IMG/VR virus record: IMGVR_UViG_3300031413_000586
Direction: 5' to 3' (one strand)
DNA length: 64,000 bases
Source of the DNA: an uncultured virus (IMG/VR IMGVR_UViG_3300031413_000586)
Taxonomy: Duplodnaviria; Heunggongvirae; Uroviricota; Caudoviricetes
Shown: piece after piece, positions 61,646 through 64,000 of the stretch
How positions within the stretch are numbered: the stretch's first letter is position 1
Layout: each line of letters opens with the position of its first letter
Position numbers and translations under genes: made by a program
The notes under the pieces: model-generated
The model's input: only the letters and a program-made list of their open reading frames with translations
Databases searched by the model: none
Told to the model about the DNA's origin: nothing

Positions 61646-62290
61646 TTAGTATTTATACTGTGTCTTTTTTTTTATAGAAGCATTGGGAGTAGGCTGTTCA
61701 AGGATATTTTTATTTAACTCAGCTTCTTTCATATTAGAAATCCAATTGAGTATTCTTAATTCATGTTCAGGTTTTCCTAGATTGAAAATATTGACATTGA
61801 AAGCAGCAGCCAATCTTATTGCTGTTCTGGTGCCACCTGTACTACGTGTTGTCTCATCAGTAGTTGTTGCTCCATCCTTTGTATAGCATACTAAAAATTT
61901 TGATGGATTTTTTAAATTTGGGCCTAATACTTGAAAGACATTTCTAGTGTGCAAACTTACTGTTGTTAATGCACCATCTCCCTTACTGTTTAAAAGATGA
62001 TCCCAATCTTCATGTAGGTTATATTTTGTAATAATGTACATCGCATTACTTATCAATTCTCTATCACTAATATAAGTTCCAACAATACCATCCCCTTTTC
62101 GCCAGTTTTGACGAGGTAAAAATATGTTTGAATAATCTGTGACTCCCTTTTGAAAAGCCTCGTCAGCACCCCAAGAACCGCCACTTCTTAATGTCCAACC
62201 TTGCATTTCTAGATAATAGGCAAGTTCTGTCATGATATTTAAATATTTTTCTGGTGTTTCTCTTGAACCCACACCTGTATAGAACTTCAT
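61646..62290 (-). CDS. DprA/Smf-like (SLOG) protein
   Basis: YTGVGSRETP, LRSGG..GADEAF, RNVFQVLG, GGT.TAIRLA, FNL. Confidence 0.8.
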   Translation of the reverse strand: MKFYTGVGSRETPEKYLNIMTELAYYLEMQGWTLRSGGSWGADEAFQKGVTDYSNIFLPRQNWRKGDGIVGTYISDRELISNAMYIITKYNLHEDWDHLLNSKGDGALTTVSLHTRNVFQVLGPNLKNPSKFLVCYTKDGATTTDETTRSTGGTRTAIRLAAAFNVNIFNLGKPEHELRILNWISNMKEAELNKNILEQPTPNASIKKKTQYKY

Positions 62291-62378
62291 AGGTATAAAA
62301 ATGTTTATATTTATACTATACCATATTAAATGAAAAAACCGCAATGAAATGCGGTTTTATATCATGAATTACCTTATT

Positions 62379-62891
62379 TTATTGATAGGCATGTTTTTCT
62401 TTGATATAATAATCTCTCTGCAACAGATAAATGTTTTTACCATTTGTTTCTATTTTTACTTGGTTTTTATCTTTGTTTGCTGTAATATTGACAGTCTGCT
62501 TGTCTTTTTCAACATTATTAGTTCTACCCAATTTCAATGCACCTTCCCCATCTGTGAATAGCACTTTATCACCATCCAGTATGCCTTCACCAAAAATATC
62601 TTTAGCAACAGCAAGCTGACGATGAAAATCACGTTCAGTCGGTTTCTTTTCTTTAGGAGTATAATCTATTTCAAAAATCTCTTTCAAATCCAATGGTTCT
62701 GGAAACATATAAATTGCTTGGGACGGATTTTTAATAATAGAAGATTTTCCAGCAAGGGATTCTACTTTGACAAAACCATCTTTATTGAAAGCTTTAATAA
62801 CGCCCTTAAATATTTCACCTGTTTCAGTAAGATAGATAGACTCTTTATCTTTTTCCAAAATCTTACCAACTATATCAACTATGTCATTCAT
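62379..62891 (-). CDS. hypothetical protein with two SH3/KOW-like repeats
   Basis: DI.G..L...D.+++....G.L..G.. pattern twice; related to 62990..63226. Confidence 0.65.
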   Translation of the reverse strand: MNDIVDIVGKILEKDKESIYLTETGEIFKGVIKAFNKDGFVKVESLAGKSSIIKNPSQAIYMFPEPLDLKEIFEIDYTPKEKKPTERDFHRQLAVAKDIFGEGILDGDKVLFTDGEGALKLGRTNNVEKDKQTVNITANKDKNQVKIETNGKNIYLLQRDYYIKEKHAYQ

Positions 62892-62989
62892 ATTTCTCTC
62901 CAGTTTTTTTAAATTGTATAATGTTCAACAGTATTGTCAATCAAGAGATTCTGAACTTAACAAAAAACCCGCCTAAGCGGGTCAATCTA

Positions 62990-63226
62990 TCATGCAGAAC
63001 GTTTCTTAACTCTTTTGTAATACTCTTTAGCTACCAATAATACTTGTTTGTTACAATCTTTAATAGTAAGCTCTCTTTTATTGCCTATTCCAATAACTTT
63101 CAAAAAACCTTCTTCTGTAAGTTCCAATACTCTACCTATTTGTAAAGTGCCGTGAGTGGTAGCATAAATAATTTTATCATCTTTATCTACAACTTTACCT
63201 TTAATGTCTTTAATATCTATATTCAT
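62990..63226 (-). CDS. hypothetical protein, single-repeat relative of 62379..62891
   Basis: DIKGK.V...DKIIY....G.L.IGRV; GAGG RBS. Confidence 0.65.
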   Translation of the reverse strand: MNIDIKDIKGKVVDKDDKIIYATTHGTLQIGRVLELTEEGFLKVIGIGNKRELTIKDCNKQVLLVAKEYYKRVKKRSA

Positions 63227-63320
63227 AACATATACCTCTATCTGTTAATTGTCTAAATATTAACATAGAATAATGTTTTTGTCAATAAAGAACAGATTGA
63301 TTGCCTTACCAATCGTCTAT

Positions 63321-63998
63321 TTAAACATTTTTATCTACAAACATACCACAAGAGGCTTTAACGTCAAAACCAACTTTTGGCACTATACGGTAGTTGTCAG
63401 GTTTAAGCAGACCAGCAAGGATTTCAGTGTTTCTATTGATCGTTTCGATATCAGACTCTTCTCCATATTTAGGTGAATAAGGGTTGTACCTAACGATATT
63501 AAAATTAACTTTTAGATCAATATCATTAATGGCATTTGCAATATTAACAACATCTTCTTCGCTATCGTTTTCTCCTTTGATAAAGGCAAAGTGTATTTTA
63601 GGAATTTTTCCATTATATTCTTGCCATTGTTTCAATAATTCCAGACTTCTTTGATAAGGAAGTGCCCTCGCCAACCATCTTTTTCTAAATTTTTCATTGG
63701 TGCTGTAAATCGAATAGTATATATCAGGTGTTGTTCTTGGAAATATACTCACTAATGTTTTATTACCGAGATCTTGTGGCATTATAGTAGAGATAAGGTG
63801 TTTGGCTTGAAGATTTCTGTTACTTGCTAATCGTTCAAGTTCTCTAAATAAAGTTTCATTATCATTTAAAATAACAGGATTGTTCAAAGCTTCTCCACGA
63901 GCCATAAAGTTATAATGTATTATTTGGGCTTTTTCAGGCAATTGATCGTAATGGCTATAAACAAGCTCTGCTTGTTTTAGAAAATCTTCTAAAGTAGC
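63321..63998 (-). CDS. RlmN/Cfr-like radical SAM protein, 5' part outside the window
   Basis: NFMARGEAL.N, IST, NDS, YNP, DVKASCG; frame open to the window end. Confidence 0.75.
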   Translation of the reverse strand, partial: ATLEDFLKQAELVYSHYDQLPEKAQIIHYNFMARGEALNNPVILNDNETLFRELERLASNRNLQAKHLISTIMPQDLGNKTLVSIFPRTTPDIYYSIYSTNEKFRKRWLARALPYQRSLELLKQWQEYNGKIPKIHFAFIKGENDSEEDVVNIANAINDIDLKVNFNIVRYNPYSPKYGEESDIETINRNTEILAGLLKPDNYRIVPKVGFDVKASCGMFVDKNV

Positions 63999-64000
63999 AT

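Overview
AT-rich window of mostly short, often individually promoted genes, about half of them hypothetical. It has no ribosomal or core-chromosome operons and no virion genes. It is best read as an accessory region of a jumbo phage or giant extrachromosomal element of a gammaproteobacterium (TrxB, GAPDH and ClpA look gammaproteobacterial; this is inference). Recognisable genes: RtcB, a kinase-phosphatase-ligase RNA repair enzyme, a Pol-beta-type nucleotidyltransferase, UvsE, Fpg, GAPDH, TrxB, an MsrA-like protein, NadR, a nucleoside deoxyribosyltransferase, dCMP deaminase, a MazG-like protein, ClpA, YqeY, an RlmN-like radical SAM enzyme, three transporters, and an MDR dehydrogenase + asparagine synthase + A-T-R NRPS-like operon. 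Main discovery candidate: a tRNA array made only of leucine-type tRNAs (8 canonical genes able to cover all six Leu codons, plus 2 aberrant ones). Directly upstream on the same strand lies an unannotated 19-aa Leu-rich leader peptide with alternative protector, antiterminator and terminator hairpins, i.e. an apparent leucyl-tRNA-sensing attenuator feeding a tRNA-Leu array. Also notable: a CsrB/RsmZ-like multi-GGA sponge sRNA, further small RNA candidates, and a C-terminal motif (Met at -4) shared by ten mostly unrelated hypothetical proteins. All calls come from motif reading by eye; no searches were run.
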